Assembly (NCBI GenBank): GCA_964016885.1
Contig: OZ024741.1
Location: forward strand, 167,152,001-167,216,000
Length of the DNA: 64,000 nucleotides
Source: Eledone cirrhosa
Lineage: Eukaryota
Direction: 5' to 3'
Shown here piece after piece: positions 37,271 through 51,181 of the stretch. Below the pieces are notes generated by a model. The model ran no database searches, was not told the origin of the DNA, and saw nothing but the letters and a program-made list of their open reading frames with translations. Each line of letters begins with the position of its first letter. Position 1 is the stretch's first letter. A program made the translations under genes and the position numbers.

Positions 37271-38480
37271 TGAAAATTAAATAATCATAGCTGGAATGCT
37301 TTTGATTATAGGTTTGGCTATGCGGGGTTAAACTACATCAACACACATTGACAAGACGGTGAACAACAAGAAACAGTGCAATAGAGGGTTTACCACTGGT
37401 GGGATGGTCACAGCTGGAATTTTTTTGATCATAGGTCAAAGGTGTGTGGTCTAGTGGTTAGAGTGCTGGATTCCAGAACATAAGGTCATCAGTTCAATTC
37501 CTGGACCAGAAAGTGCATTGTATTCTTGAGCAAGACACTTCATTTCATGTAGCTTTTCATGACAGGACAAGAGTGCCTATGATTAAAACAAGAAACCTAT
37601 GAAATGCACCTTCATAGGAGGCGAGCTAAATTTACATATGAGTGAGCTGTAAATCTCATTATTGTCTACAGGATCAGGGCTGACTTGTAGCTGAACCACC
37701 ACCACAACAACAACAACACGTGGCACCCGGAAGAGTAACCAGATGTAAAACATTATCTCAAAAAGGACCCCCATGATGAATATGAAGTCTTTCATGGGCC
37801 TCACAAGGTTATGTAAATTTAGCAAAGAAAAATAGCCTAAAAAATGTTAGCTGCATAAATCTATCTTCAGGATCAGAGCTGACTTGGGTCTAAACCACAT
37901 CAAAAACAACAACACATTTTCCAGACAATGAAGGTTGTGGCAGGATATTGTAATAGAATGACTTACCATGGATGGAAAGGAGTGATCAGTACTAGAGAAC
38001 TCAAGGACTGTGATGGAGGCATATAACTTCATTGGAGACTTGGAAAGCAAGGAAACCGGAACTGGTGGATCTTATGGCAAGTTGTGTGGAGAAGATATGA
38101 TTGAGAGAGATAAACAGAGAGTGATGGGAGGAGATAGAGAGAGGGTAAAAGAGAAACAGATAGAAGAGAGAGAGAGAGAGATAGACAGGTGAGTAGCAAG
38201 ACTATATATATATATATATATATATAGCATGCATGTGAACACGCATATAATACATACACATACACATATATGTACACGCAAAGGTAGACAGAGGGACAGG
38301 TTGTCGGAGAAACAAGGAAAGAGAAAGGGTGGAGGGGACAGACAGTACAATGTGGTGATTATTAAATCATTGATTCCTCCCCCTCTACTTTCTCCCCACC
38401 CCATCCTTTTCTCACCTTTCCCACCCACTTCCCTGTTCTGTTTTTGGAATAGCAATTAAGGACACCTGCTTTTTGTACAG

Positions 38481-38856
38481 GTAGTGGTGGTAGTGGTGAC
38501 TGGTGGTTAACACCACCAACACAACCATCATCATTGACAATCACACCACCAACATTGACAAACACCATCACACTATGTTTGTACAATGAAACCATCTGGA
38601 CACCACTGCCACCATCAACACCACTACCACCATCATCAACTTTACCACCACTGCCACTACCATTGATACCAATGTCATCAACACCACCACCACCACCACC
38701 ATTGACTACAACACCATCAACACTACCTACACCTCCAACACCACCAAACCACTACTACCTTCCACCTTCCATTTCAGACAGGTCTTCCTTTGTACATCTT
38801 TTCCCCTATACAACATATTCCACTCCCACCCCCAACTATGAACCTTTTAGGAAAAG
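38481..38856 (+). CDS. Candidate internal exon encoding a Pro/Thr/Ser-rich segment
   Basis: Acceptor CTGCTTTTTGTACAG|G, donor AAAG|GTAAGT, one frame open across all 376 nt (SGGSGDWWLTPP...NYEPFRK). Confidence 0.45.
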
Positions 38857-39237
38857 GTAAGTACTATTTCCTGTTGAGTTCACACACAGATGTATACACA
38901 TATATACAATATTACAATATTTGTGCATGTGTGTATCTGTCTATATATGCATGGAAGAAGTTCAGGGGACTACTAATGTTGTTGGCAACAAAGGGTTTCT
39001 CTCTACAAGCAAAAGGTTGATTGTTTGATGGCTGCATACTAATTTGTATGGCATTAAGACATAAAGCATATTCCATTGGGTTTGTGATGTCAGTGGGCAT
39101 GAACAATGAAGCACAGATGATAATAGGAATCATATAGTGTGAAAGAGAGAAGACTGCACTGGTATGGACATGTGATGTGTATTGGTGAGGATGTCGGGTG
39201 TAGAAGTGACAAGCGATCCAAGTGGATGAAAACTGCA

Positions 39238-39282
<45 letters not shown>

Positions 39283-40745
39283 TAGAGTATTGGGCTTGCA
39301 ATCGAAAGGTTGTGAGTTCAATTCTCGGACCGGGTGATGTGTTGTTTCCTTGAGCAAGACACTTTATTTCACATTGCCCCAGTTTACTCAGCTGTAGAAA
39401 TGAGATGATAGGACTAGAGTCCCTATCATTCCACTGCAAAGTGGTCGTGGAGGTGCCACGGCAAAAAAGCACCCAGAACTCACTGTAAATGAGGTTGGCG
39501 TTAGGAAGGGCATCCAGCTGTAGAAATCAAGCCAGAATCAGTTCCCATATGAGCAAGAGAAGGTCAGCTGACCAGACACTGCCCACAACAGGACAGCCCG
39601 TCTAACCCATGCTAGCGTGGAAGAACGGACGTAAAACGATGATGATGATGATATATATATGATGATGATATATATATCTATATATATATCCAGGGAGTGT
39701 AACCCGAAGTTACTGTAGGTTCAGAATATATATATATATATCATTTACATTCTGAGTTCAAATCCTGCTAAAGTTAGCTTGCCTTTCATCCTTACGGGGT
39801 CGATAAAATAAAGCACCAGTAACGTACTGGGTTGATTTAATCGACTTTCCCCTCCTCCAAAAAATTGTTGGCCTTGTTGAACTCCATTCTGAGTTCAAAT
39901 CCCGCCGAGGTTAACTTTGCCTTTCATCCTTATGGGGTCGATAAAATAAAGTACCAGTAACACACTGGGTAATTGCTGGCCTTGTGTCAAAATTAGAAAC
40001 AGTTATAGGATAGAATGCTTAATGGTCCCCACTTTATGATACATATGTTTAGGAAATGGTAATTTGAGCATGTATGTTCATTGATATCTTCCTCTCTACT
40101 TCTCACACACAGTGTTGACAAGATGTGTTCACCTTCTAGCTAATCAGTAGTTTAACAAAAACTATCTGCCAATAATAAAAACAACATCTCCCTGTATATC
40201 TATCTACCTCCCTATCTGTATATCTGTCTGTATATCTGTCTACATATTTATCTACCTATATGTCTGTGTCTGTCTGTTTGTCTATCCATCTATCATCTTT
40301 TTATTCTATCTATCTACCTACCTACATCTCTCTCTCTATATATATATATATATGGAGGCACATGGCTTAGTGGTTAGAGCATTGAACTTGCAATCGAAAG
40401 GTTGTGAGTTCAATTCTCAGACCGGGTGATGTGTTGTTTTCTTGAGCAAGACACTTTATTTCACATTGCTCCAGTTTACTCAGCTGTAGAAATGAGATGA
40501 TAGGGACTGGGGTCCATATCATCTCAGCTGTAGAAATGAGATGATAGGGACTGGGGTCCATATCATTCCACTGCAAAGTGGTCGTGGAGGTGCCACGGCA
40601 AAAAAGCACCCAGCACTCACTGTAAATGAGGTTGGTGTTAGGAAGGGCATCCAGCTGTAGAAATCAAGCCAGAATCAGTTCCCGTCCCACTCTTGCAAGC
40701 AGGGAAAAGTGGACGTAAAATGAAATGATGAAAAATGAAATGATG

Positions 40746-40809
<64 letters not shown>

Positions 40810-40810
<1 letters not shown>

Positions 40811-41694
40811 GACGATATTTGTTTGCAATTTTCAACTATTAATTTTATGCAAATTTTTTTTACTTCCATTGTCACTCTTGTCTTCATAAAAACGGTGACT
40901 ATATTTCCATTATTTATTTTCAGAATAATTGATTATGAATAATTTTGAACCTCCGAATTTGTGGAAGAGACACAGAGTTCTTGGAATCCGTGCTGGGAGG
41001 ACAAATAAGGACCAGAAGATCAACTCCCAGAACAACAGGTGGCTCACTGTCTCATCCAAAGATGTGCCCAGAGTCATGCAGACAAAGTTTCCAGCGACAA
41101 CATTGGTCTTAGGTGTCGTCAGAAGTCAAGGTGACGTCATGCCACCTAACTTCTTCCCTGAGGGCCTCAAGCTGAACACCAATGGCTACATCCGTGTTCT
41201 GAGCAAGGTAGTAAAGTGGCCCTGGATCGACCAGTTAGCTGCAGGTAGGCCGTACGTGTGGCAGCATGACTCAGCGCCCTGCCATACTAGCCGAAAGACC
41301 CAAGCCTGGCTGTCAGAGAACTTGGTCGACCACACTTCACCTGACATCTGGCCTCCCAGCTCGCCTGACTGCAACCCCCTCGACTTCTTTGTGTGGGGCG
41401 CAGTGGAACGAGACACCAACAGATCTAGCTGCAATACAAAACACGATCTAAAGGCCAGGATCACAAGTGCCTTTAGGGGCCTAAATCGGGGGACAGTGAC
41501 GAAGGCCTGTAGCCGGTTCCAAGGCCGCCTTGAGGCCATCATCAAAGCCAATGGCGGGTTTATTAAGTGAGATCGAAAGAACAAGTCATGAAGACAAACT
41601 GACCCAAGTTTGATAAATATATCTTAAAAAATAAAACTACTGAGTTAGTTTTTCCTAGACAGTAATCTTGCGAACAAATATCGTCCGCACCCTG
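40810..41694 (+). mobile_element. maT (DD37D) Tc1/mariner-superfamily element, internally deleted
   Basis: TIR remnants GGACGATATTTGTTTGCAA / TTGCGAACAAATATCGTCCGCACCCTG-TA; WQHDSAPCH...WPPSSPDCNPLDFFVW with 37 residues between the last two Asp. Confidence 0.88.
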
Positions 41695-41901
41695 TATATA
41701 TATTACAAAAAGGACCGAACGATTTTCGTCTAATCGGACCGAGGAAATAATGTTTCCGTTGGTCTTTCCAGTTGCTAGTACTATCTATCGGTTGCAACTC
41801 CAGGTAGAAGGAGCAACGTGAAATAAAGTGTCTTGCTCAAGGTCATAACGCATCGGCCGGTCCAGGAATCGAACTCACAACCTCAAGATTGCAAATCCAA
41901 T

Positions 41902-41935
<34 letters not shown>

Positions 41936-42075
41936 GTTCAAAGAAATGACAAATAACATTAGTTTCGCGCTTTATATGGAAAAGGGGAAAGAAAGTTTGA
42001 CATATTGAGCCTTAGCCTTTCTCCGGGAATACAAAAATAGAGATGAGATAAAAAATAAAAATAAAAAAATAAATG

Positions 42076-42274
42076 TATAGGAAAATGTATGACCCCCGAT
42101 GGCAGAGCTCAGGCCGTTTCGGCGGCTATTTCTGGAGTCCAGAAATAGCTGTTGAAAAGGCTTGAGCTCTGCCGTCGAGGTCATACATTTTCCTATTACC
42201 CACTCTACTACCCTAAGTATTGAGTACTCTGTTGTGTTATGGTCCATCTGGTTCCTTACCACAACTCCTTTGTT
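42076..42274. mobile_element. Family C fold-back element
   Basis: Imperfect palindrome centred ~42137 (TCTGGA-G-TCCAGA), GAAA(C)GGC..GCC(G)TC half-hammerhead in both arms, tail to 42274 then (TA)n. Confidence 0.75.
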
Positions 42275-42292
42275 ATATATATATATATATAT

Positions 42293-42757
42293 ATAAACTA
42301 TAATAAAGGGAGGAGTGCGGGACTGCGTATGGTTTATAATTTTTTATCCTATTAGTAAAATAAGTTGGATTACTTTGAATAAATAATGAATGAATATTAC
42401 ATAATTTATCTACTAAATTTCGTGGCTGTTGATTAAATATGTTTTGTTTATTTAAAGAATCACTTCTTTAAAATTTCTGAAATGTCAACACTTCCGGTTG
42501 GCGATCACCTAAATAAACATACTAATTTTCTCCTAATTCAGTTCATATATAATATCGTCCTTTTTTAATGTATCATGGATTATGTTACTGATTACATAAG
42601 AGTGTTTAACACAGTCTTCATTCAATTTCAGTGTATATTGTCACTTATGGTTTTATTTGATGTATCATATCTACATGTATATATACCTGCATATAATATC
42701 AATATACACACTACACATGCTAGCAGAAAACCACCCAAAGGGTGGTTTTTCTGCTAG
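42293..42757 (+). mobile_element. Non-autonomous Helitron
   Basis: Reverse complement of 31109-31560; ends CTAGCAGAAAACCACCC-AAA-GGGTGGTTTTTCTGCTAG|T. Confidence 0.8.
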
Positions 42758-43469
42758 TATATATAATTAGGGATTGTAATTTCCAGTTACTGTAGGTTCA
42801 CCTGAGTGAACACTCGATGCATAGTTTCCAGTAAGTATAGAGGTGTAGTACTAAGCAGAGTGTAATACTAATGATAAAAAGGACGATTTGTTGGTCTTCA
42901 TTACGTAATGAAGACCTCACAAATCGTCCTTTTTATTATTAGTAACCTTCTATCCCCTCTCATTCACCTCCTTTAGCAGTAACCATACCCCCCCCTACTA
43001 CCCTGTCCACATTTTCCCCAAGCTTCCTTCCACCCCCTCTCTAGTCCCAAGAGAAAAGTGCCCAGGCCCCACTGTAAAGTGGTCATGTCAGTAACATGAC
43101 AAAGGTGCCCTGTCCACACTGTAAAGTGGTCATGTAGGTGGCACGACAAAATGTGCCCAGTCCACACTGTAGAGTGGGGTCATGTAGGTGACAACAAAAA
43201 GCACCCAGCACACACTGTAAATGTGGTTGGCGGTAGGAAGGGCACCCAGCTGTAGAAACCAAGCCAAAATCTACCCAGGGTGAGCTAAACAAGGGTTAAT
43301 CCATCCTACCCATGAAAGATGGATGCTAATTGACGAGGCTGATGATATATTTATGTGTGAATATATATAAAGTGTGTATGTATATTACTTAGATGGTATA
43401 TGTATATGCACGCAAATATATATATATATATATGTGTATATCATTATCATGACATGTGCATGTTATGTA

Positions 43470-45530
43470 TTATCATCATCATCGTTTAATGTCTATCTTC
43501 TACGCTAGCATGGGTTTAGACGGGAATTGCCTCACTTGAGGCAAGATTGGTCGGGTGACCATGTCTCGCTCGTATAGGACTGTCTGGCAGGTTTTCTACG
43601 GCTAGATGCCCTTCCTAACACCAACCATGTTAACAGTGTGGACTGGGAGGTTTTTACCATGTTACCTACACGGCCACATTACAGCGTGGACTGTGTGTTT
43701 TTTGTCGTGACACCTACACGACCTCATTTATTTTGGACTGGATGTTGTGGTACCAACATAACTTTACGGAGAAAGGGTGGTGTTGGTGGGAGGAGGGGTG
43801 GAGTAGTGGTAGTGGGATGGGGTGTATATTTTGTTAAACGATGCCTACTGACTATAGGTTTCGTTTTGTACATAGGCAAGGCGGGTCTTCCATATTGCTG
43901 CGTGGCACCAAAGGACTCGGTCCAGTGACATTGTCTTAGAGAGGTGTAAGTATGTAAGGTTGGAATTTATCAAATTATCCCAGGTTTTTCTGGGTCTACC
44001 TACTCAGTACCTTCCATCAATTTTGATCACCCTGCACTTTTTTGTACAACTGTCGTCTTTCATGTGCATCACGTGACCATACCAATGTAGTCTTCTCTCA
44101 AGTAAACAGCATCTGATCCCTCTTATTCCTAATTTCTGACTTAGTTCATTTATGCTTTGCAGTTCGCGTATATTACTATTACACATCCAACGGCGCATGG
44201 ATGCTTCGTCTCTCTAGTCTGCGCAGATCCTCTGCACACAATGCCCATGTCTCACTGCCATGTAACATTGCTGTTCGTATACAGGCATCATACAATCTGC
44301 CTTTCATTTTTAGAGAGAAACCTTTAGTTAGTGGCCAATAGTGGTAAAAACTCTCTGAACTTTTTCCATCTCGTTCTGACTGGCTACTATACTTTCAGAG
44401 CACCATCCACCATTGCTGATTTTGTCTCCCAGGTAACAGAAGGTGTCCACTATTTCTATACAACCATCTGGGCAATAGAAGGAGCTAGTATCCTCTGGGA
44501 ACTTGCTACTTATTGCACCTGAGCATCGGCCACATATAAAATCTACGTTCTTAGATAGCTTACCTGTGATCCCACTACATCATTTATGGACCCATAGTTT
44601 GCATTTGGGACATAGCATGGAATTTCTGCCTACTCCATTCCTACACACTGAGCATGGCCATCTCCAAGAGGGTACCTGAGCCCTATTTTCCTTTCTAAAT
44701 ACTAAACTTTAGTCTTAGCCAAGTTAACTTTAAGGCCTTTTGATTCTAGGCCATGCTTCCATGTTTGGAATTTCTTCTCTAGTTCAGCTATCGATTCAGC
44801 TATGAGAGTTAGATCATCTGCGTATAGAAGTTCCCATGGGCAGCCGGTCTTGAACTCCTCTGTTATAGCCTAAAAGGCAATAATAAATAGGAGGGGGTTA
44901 AGGACAGAGCCTTGATGAACACCAACTTTTACGCTAAATTCTTCACTATATTCGTTGTTTATTCTAACCTTGCTGACTGTTTCTTTATACATGGCTTGCA
45001 TAGCTCTCACAAGCCATTCATCAACACCTAGTTTTCTACGAGCCCACCAGATAATTGAGCAGGGGACTCTGTCAAAGGCTTTCTCCAAGTCAACAAAAGC
45101 TAAGTATAGGGGTTTACTTTTAACTAGGTACTTCTCCTGTAGTTGTCGTACAAAGAAAAGAGCGTCTGTGGTACTTTTACCTGACACAAACCCGAACTGC
45201 ATTTCATCTAGATCAATTCGCTCTCCGATTAGTTGCACTATAACTCTTTCTGTGTCCTTCATGACCTGGTCAACTAATTTAATGCATCTATAGTTTCCCC
45301 ATATCTAGGGCATATCCTTTACCCTTGTATGACCCCATTTTGTATGACTTGGTTTACTATCCGGGTGACCATAGTATGTCCCACCATTCCAGATGCTTTC
45401 AGCATTTCAGCAACTATCTCCGAAGGCCCAGCTGCCTTGCCTGTCTTCATATCTTTGATTGCCTTACTTATTATACTACCTTTAACTTGCACTGCTGGTC
45501 CCTCTATTGGATCGATTTGGGGCGGACTAT
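43470..45530 (-). mobile_element. RTE LINE, 5'-truncated, degenerate RT plus 3' UTR
   Basis: MQFGFVSGKSTTDA, AFVDLEKAFDRVP, GVHQGSVLNPLLF, ELLYADDL, RRLHWYGHV; stops/frameshifts; UTR and (GAT)n tail at ~43470-43860. Confidence 0.92.
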
Positions 45531-46561
45531 CTTTATGTATATTATGCTGGTACCACAAAACATCCAGTCCACACTGTAAAGTGATCATGTAGGTATCACG
45601 ACAAAAAGCACCTAACCCACACTGTAAAGTGAACCTGTAAAAGACACGGCAAAAAGCACCCAGCACACACTGTCGATGTGGTTGGCGTTGGGAAGGGCAT
45701 CCAGTCTTAGAAATCCAGCCCCCAAACACCCAGCCCATACTGTAAAATGGACGTGTAAAAAATACAGCAAAAAGCACCCAACACCCACTGTCAATGTGGT
45801 TGGCGTTAGGAAGGGTATCCAGCCATAGAAAACCAGCCAGAAATACTCCTATATGAGCGAGACACGGTCACTCGACCCAACTTACCTCTAAATGGGACAA
45901 ACCCGTCTAACCCATGCTAGCATGGAAGATAGACATTAATCGATCATGATATTAGCATGTATATACTGCAAATATGTATGTATATGTACATCATCATCAT
46001 TTTACGTCCGCTTTTCCCTGCTTGCAAGGGTGGGACAGGAACTGATTCTGGCTTGATTTCTACAGCTGGATGCCCTTCCTAACACCAACCTCATTTACAG
46101 TGAGTGCTGGGTGCTTTTTTGCCATGGCACCTACACATCCACTTTGCAGTGAAATGATATGGACCCCAGTCCCTATCATCTCATTTCTACAGCTGAGTAA
46201 ACTGGAGCAATGTGAAATAGAGTGTCTTGCTCAAGGAAACAACACATTACCCAGTCTTAGAATTGAACTCACAACCTTTTACTAAGCCATGTTCCTCCAT
46301 TACATATATGCTAGAAAATAGGCAAGAAAAACAGGCTTTAAATGATGATGATGATGATGATGATGATATGGACAAAAATGATAAATGTTAAACAAAGATA
46401 AGAGAAGGGAGAGAAAGGGCAGAAAGTTTTACCATCTAGGGGATCAATCAGTGTTATATATATTCTACCGAATTGGTTGATCAGGTGAATATTTTTCAAA
46501 CAAATTATTAATTATTAACATGATGTCACTTCTTACAAGTCTACTCTTGTTTTTAAAACAA

Positions 46562-47074
46562 CTAGCTGACGTACCCAGCTTCGCCCGGGTAAACAGATGA
46601 TAAGAGAAGACAGGTAAAAGAGAATATGACTGTATTGGATGTTTGTCTGGTTACAGTATGAAGCGAGTCCGTGGTGTCTGTGGGATACAGAAAACAGTAG
46701 TGGCGATTGTGGAATGCCCCACATACACACACATACACACATGGAAACGCGCACACGCATGCAAACTTACATACGCCCCCGTGCACTTACACACTCATAC
46801 ATGTTGATAGTTTTTACTTTCTGTGGAACGCTGCACGCACGCACACACACAAACATACGTGCACATACATACACACGCACACATGGTAATAGCTACAGCG
46901 TTCACTTTGCCTCTCTGTTTCTTACTCTCCCCTCTCACTCCCTCATTGGCATTATGCGTATTAATTTAAGTTTGGCGTTGTTGAGGTGGGCGGAGTCGTT
47001 TGAAACCTATGAACCAATGATAATCGAGAATTATGACACACGGAATACTGACGTTGCTGAAATTAATATATAGA
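46562..47074 (-). mobile_element. Non-autonomous Helitron
   Basis: Minus strand A|TCTATATATTAA ... ACCCGGGCGAAGCTGGGT hairpin ... CTAG|T. Confidence 0.85.
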
Positions 47075-47314
47075 TGTTATCATTCATAATGTAAACATAC
47101 ATATATTATCATCATCATTTATCAATCATTTTTCCCTGCTGGCTTGAGTTAGACTGGTTGTTAAAGACTGACCAAATCAGTTCTCAATTGGAATTATCAT
47201 CCTTCTACATGGGAGCCACATCTCACATACCTTTTGGTTCTGACAACGTTTTTTTTCAGGTTGATGCCTTTCCTATCTTTAGCCACTTTACAGAATATGT
47301 GTATGTATGTATAT

Positions 47315-47778
47315 ATGGAAACATTAAAGCTCCGACGTCTGGCAACTGACTTGGTAAACATCCACAAAATGATTAACCATCTTGCCAAGAACAATCCTGA
47401 GCACCTTTTTGAATTCCATATGTCTAACACCCGTGGGTATGCCTACAAATTCAGAAAACACCACAGTTCCCGTGACTTTCGGAAACATTTTTTCACACTC
47501 AGAGTTGCTGAAGCATAGAACACACTATCTGCATCAGTTGTTAGCTGTCAGGACACTGCATCCTTTAAAACTTCCATGCTTCTTGAAATTTACCAACACT
47601 ACACTTGATATTCCCCCTCCATACACACACACACATGTATCTGTGTGTATAATCATAACTCATACACTGTTCACTTTCCTGACATTATTATAGTACATTA
47701 TTCTATGTACTATACATGCATCTTTGATAAGTTGTAGTGCACCTGAGCATTGTACACAATAATTTTCATCATTATTAT
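47315..47778 (+). mobile_element. CR1-type LINE 3' end
   Basis: LKLRRLATDL...NTRGYAYKF...FRKHFFTLRVAEA*N, then conserved UTR and (ATT)n tail. Confidence 0.85.
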
Positions 47779-47796
47779 ACATGCATATGATACACA

Positions 47797-47827
<31 letters not shown>

Positions 47828-48706
47828 GATAGTTGTCATGGTAGGTTTGTATATCTCAATTTATCCTTTTGGTTGAGTTCTATTTTAGTCAGTATTTTCT
47901 TGAATACATATTGTTATATATCCGTGTTCATTTCTCGCTGCTGTATTATAAGGCTCGGAAAAAATGTTTTCCTTGAACTATTTTGATTACAGGGGACTAT
48001 TGTGAGTTTTTAACTCAATATATACTTTTGATATATATATCATCATCATCATCATCATCGTTTAACGTCCGTGTTCCACACTTGCATGGGTTTGGACGGG
48101 AGTTTTCCCACTTGAGGCAAGAGTGATTGTCTTGCTCGCATAGGACTGTCTGGCGGGTTTTCTACAGCTGGATGCCCTTCCTAACACCAACCACATTTAC
48201 AGTGTGGGGCTGGGAGGTTTTTACCGTGTTGCCTACACGGCCACATTACAGCGTGGACTGTATATATATATAAATGGAATAGAATGAAACGAAATTTCAT
48301 TTCTCACTCTTAGTACGGCAGTTACTTAAATGTGTCAGTGTTGAACAAAAAGGTGACGTTGTTGCCTAAACACTGTACGGCGTAATTCGGGCTGTTTGTT
48401 TGTTTACAAACAAACCGAGCATTATAATAAATGTTCGGTAAACCAATACATGCATATATATATATATGTGTGCATGTGTGTATATATACACATACTAATG
48501 TACGTCTGTATACATATATGTATGTACATATACATACATACATACTTACATTTAATATATATATATATATATATATATACGTTATTCCGGTTTGAATCGG
48601 AGGTAACCACAGTAAGTAAGGTACTCAATACATTGCAGAGTATAAAAGTTTTAATATAGATGAGATTCTAAAGGACTAGAACTGTTTCATTCTTTAGAAA
48701 TCATCA

Positions 48707-48757
48707 GGATTCCTGATGATTTCTAAAGAATGAAACAGTTCTAGTCCTGTAGAATCT
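48707..48757 (+). ncRNA. Minimal type I hammerhead ribozyme (family B element 48580-48773)
   Basis: GGATTC-CTGATGA-T-TTC-TAAA-GAA-T-GAAACAG-TTCTAGTC-CTGT-A-GAATCT; GUA triplet, cut after 48751; sits in a palindrome with 63-bp arms. Confidence 0.85.
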
Positions 48758-48772
48758 CATCTATATTAAAAC

Positions 48773-48801
<29 letters not shown>

Positions 48802-48803
<2 letters not shown>

Positions 48804-48980
48804 GAAAATAGTCAGGACCACAATGGCTGAGCTCTGGCCGTTTCGACTTTAGCTGTCGAAACAGACAGAGCTCAACTGTCGGGGTCCTGACTATTTTCCT
48901 ATTACCAACTCTATTACCCTAAGTATTAAGTACTCTGGTGCATTATGGTCCACATGGTATATTACCACACCCTCTTTCAT
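48802..48980. mobile_element. Family C fold-back element (older copy)
   Basis: GAAAATAGTCAGGACC...TTTCGAC / GTCGAAA...GGTCCTGACTATTTTC, same tail as 42196-42274. Confidence 0.72.
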
Positions 48981-50145
48981 CATCATCATGATCAACGTTT
49001 AACGTCCGTGTTCCACGCTAGCATGGGTTTGGACGGGGGTTTTCCCACTTGAGGCAAGAGTGATTGTCTTGCTCGCATAGGACTGTCTGGCAGGTTTTCT
49101 ACAGTTGGATGCCCTTCCTAACACCAACCACGTTTACAGTATGGGTCTGGGAGGTTTTTACCGTGTTGCCTACACGGCCACATTACAGCGTGGACTGTGT
49201 GTTTTTTTTGTCGTGACACCTACACGATCTCATTTGTTTCGGCCTGGATGGCGTGGCACCAACATAACTTTACATAGAATGGGGTGGTGTGGATGGGGTG
49301 GGGGTGGTGGTGGTGGGACGGGGTGTATTTTGTTAGAGATGCCTACTGGCTGGAGTAGGTTTTACTATATATGTAAAGCGGACGTGAAATGATGATGATG
49401 ATGATGATGATATATATATACACACACACAAACGTATACAGATATACATATACACATGTATACACCATGCCAAGTTTTAGGCATTAGTCTGTGGTAATGC
49501 TGGAGTACTGCCCCCGAAGGAATTTAGTATATCATATTGATGCCAGTATTTATTTTTTCAACCACCACTAACACTATCATCATCATTACTCTGCTTCCAC
49601 TACTACTACTATCTAACTAGCACCATGTGAAATCAGCCTCAAATTTATCATGCATAGAAATCCATATACCCCCACAAATATAGAAACACAATGAAACTCT
49701 ACACACATATATATATATGCACACTTTCACCCACAAAGAATCACACACACATATATATATATATAGGCTCACACAAGTGTGAACACATACAAATACATAT
49801 ATTCACAACTGGTTATTTCAATTTGATACAGCAAGTGGGAGTATGTTTTGGGGGAAGTGTAGGTAGGGAGAGAGAGAGAGGGGGCAATATGCAATCAGGT
49901 ATGTATTTGGTTGGATGGGGTATGTTTTTTTAGGGGAGGGTCTTTGTATTAGAGTAGCGATAGGGTTATATATTTAATGGAGTGTAAGTATAGAGAAATA
50001 AATTTGTGAGAGCTATATAATCAGGTATAAAGTTGGTTGAATGAAAGGGGGTGTATGATTCTTAATGGGGAGGGCCTATATATTAGGGTAGCACCAGAGG
50101 GGGGGTGTAAGTATATATAACAATAAAACGATTATGATGATGATA

Positions 50146-50184
<39 letters not shown>

Positions 50185-50218
50185 TGCTCGTGCTCGTGTG
50201 TGAATATATGTGTGTGTG

Positions 50219-50278
<60 letters not shown>

Positions 50279-50573
50279 AGAAAGTTAGCTTGAAATTAGG
50301 GAGACAGGAACCAAAATGGACAAGAATTAGCCCCAAAGACTATCATTACAGCCAATGGTGCAATGTTCATTATTTAAGCTACCACTGACCAAGTAGGAGT
50401 GTTGTGTGTGTGTGTGTGTGTGTAAATGTGTGTGTTTGCATAGAAAAACATTTGTGTAGATGTGCATAGAAATTATTTATGCAAGTATGTATATGAACAT
50501 ACATATACACACACAGACACGTATATATTATTCAATGTAAACCATTTCAATGCTTGAATGGAAAATGTATTAA

Positions 50574-50782
50574 CCCTTTAGCATTTACATTACTTTATAT
50601 TTACTATTATATTTTTGTGGTAAAGGCTTTGTCTCACATAATTATCTCGCATAATATCAAATCTATGGGATTTCGATATTATTTATTTTGAGAACAATAC
50701 CTTAACGGCCAGTTATGGCGAGTTTGAACAGAAAGTCGTGAGAGAATTCTGGCTGGATATGGCCGGTTTAAATGCTAAAGAG
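50574..50782. mobile_element. piggyBac-type MITE
   Basis: TTAA flanks, same TIR, opposite orientation to 445-651. Confidence 0.85.
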
Positions 50783-50945
50783 TTAAATAATATCTACACT
50801 ATTTTCTTTAACCCTTTTGATACTAACCTGCCTGAAACCATCTGTGGTTTTATGATATAAAGCTTCCCATTTAAAAATGTTCTATCATATTTAATGTGCA
50901 TAAAACATCCTTCCATCATAATTTTGTTTAAGAAATTTTTGTTAA

Positions 50946-51181
50946 CCTTTTAGCATTTACTCTCTATATATTATTATTACTCTATATATATTATTGTATT
51001 TTCACGGTAAACACTTTATTTCACATAATTATCTCACATGATATCGAATCTATGAGATTTTGATATTATTTATTTTGATAACAATATCCTAACATAAGTA
51101 TGAACAGCCGGTTATAACCGGTTTGAACAGAAAGAGGTGAGAGAATTATGGCCAGATATGGCCAGTTTAAATGCAAAAGGG
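50946..51181. mobile_element. piggyBac-type MITE
   Basis: TTAA flanks; internal ~20-bp duplication TTACTCTCTATATATTATT. Confidence 0.85.
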
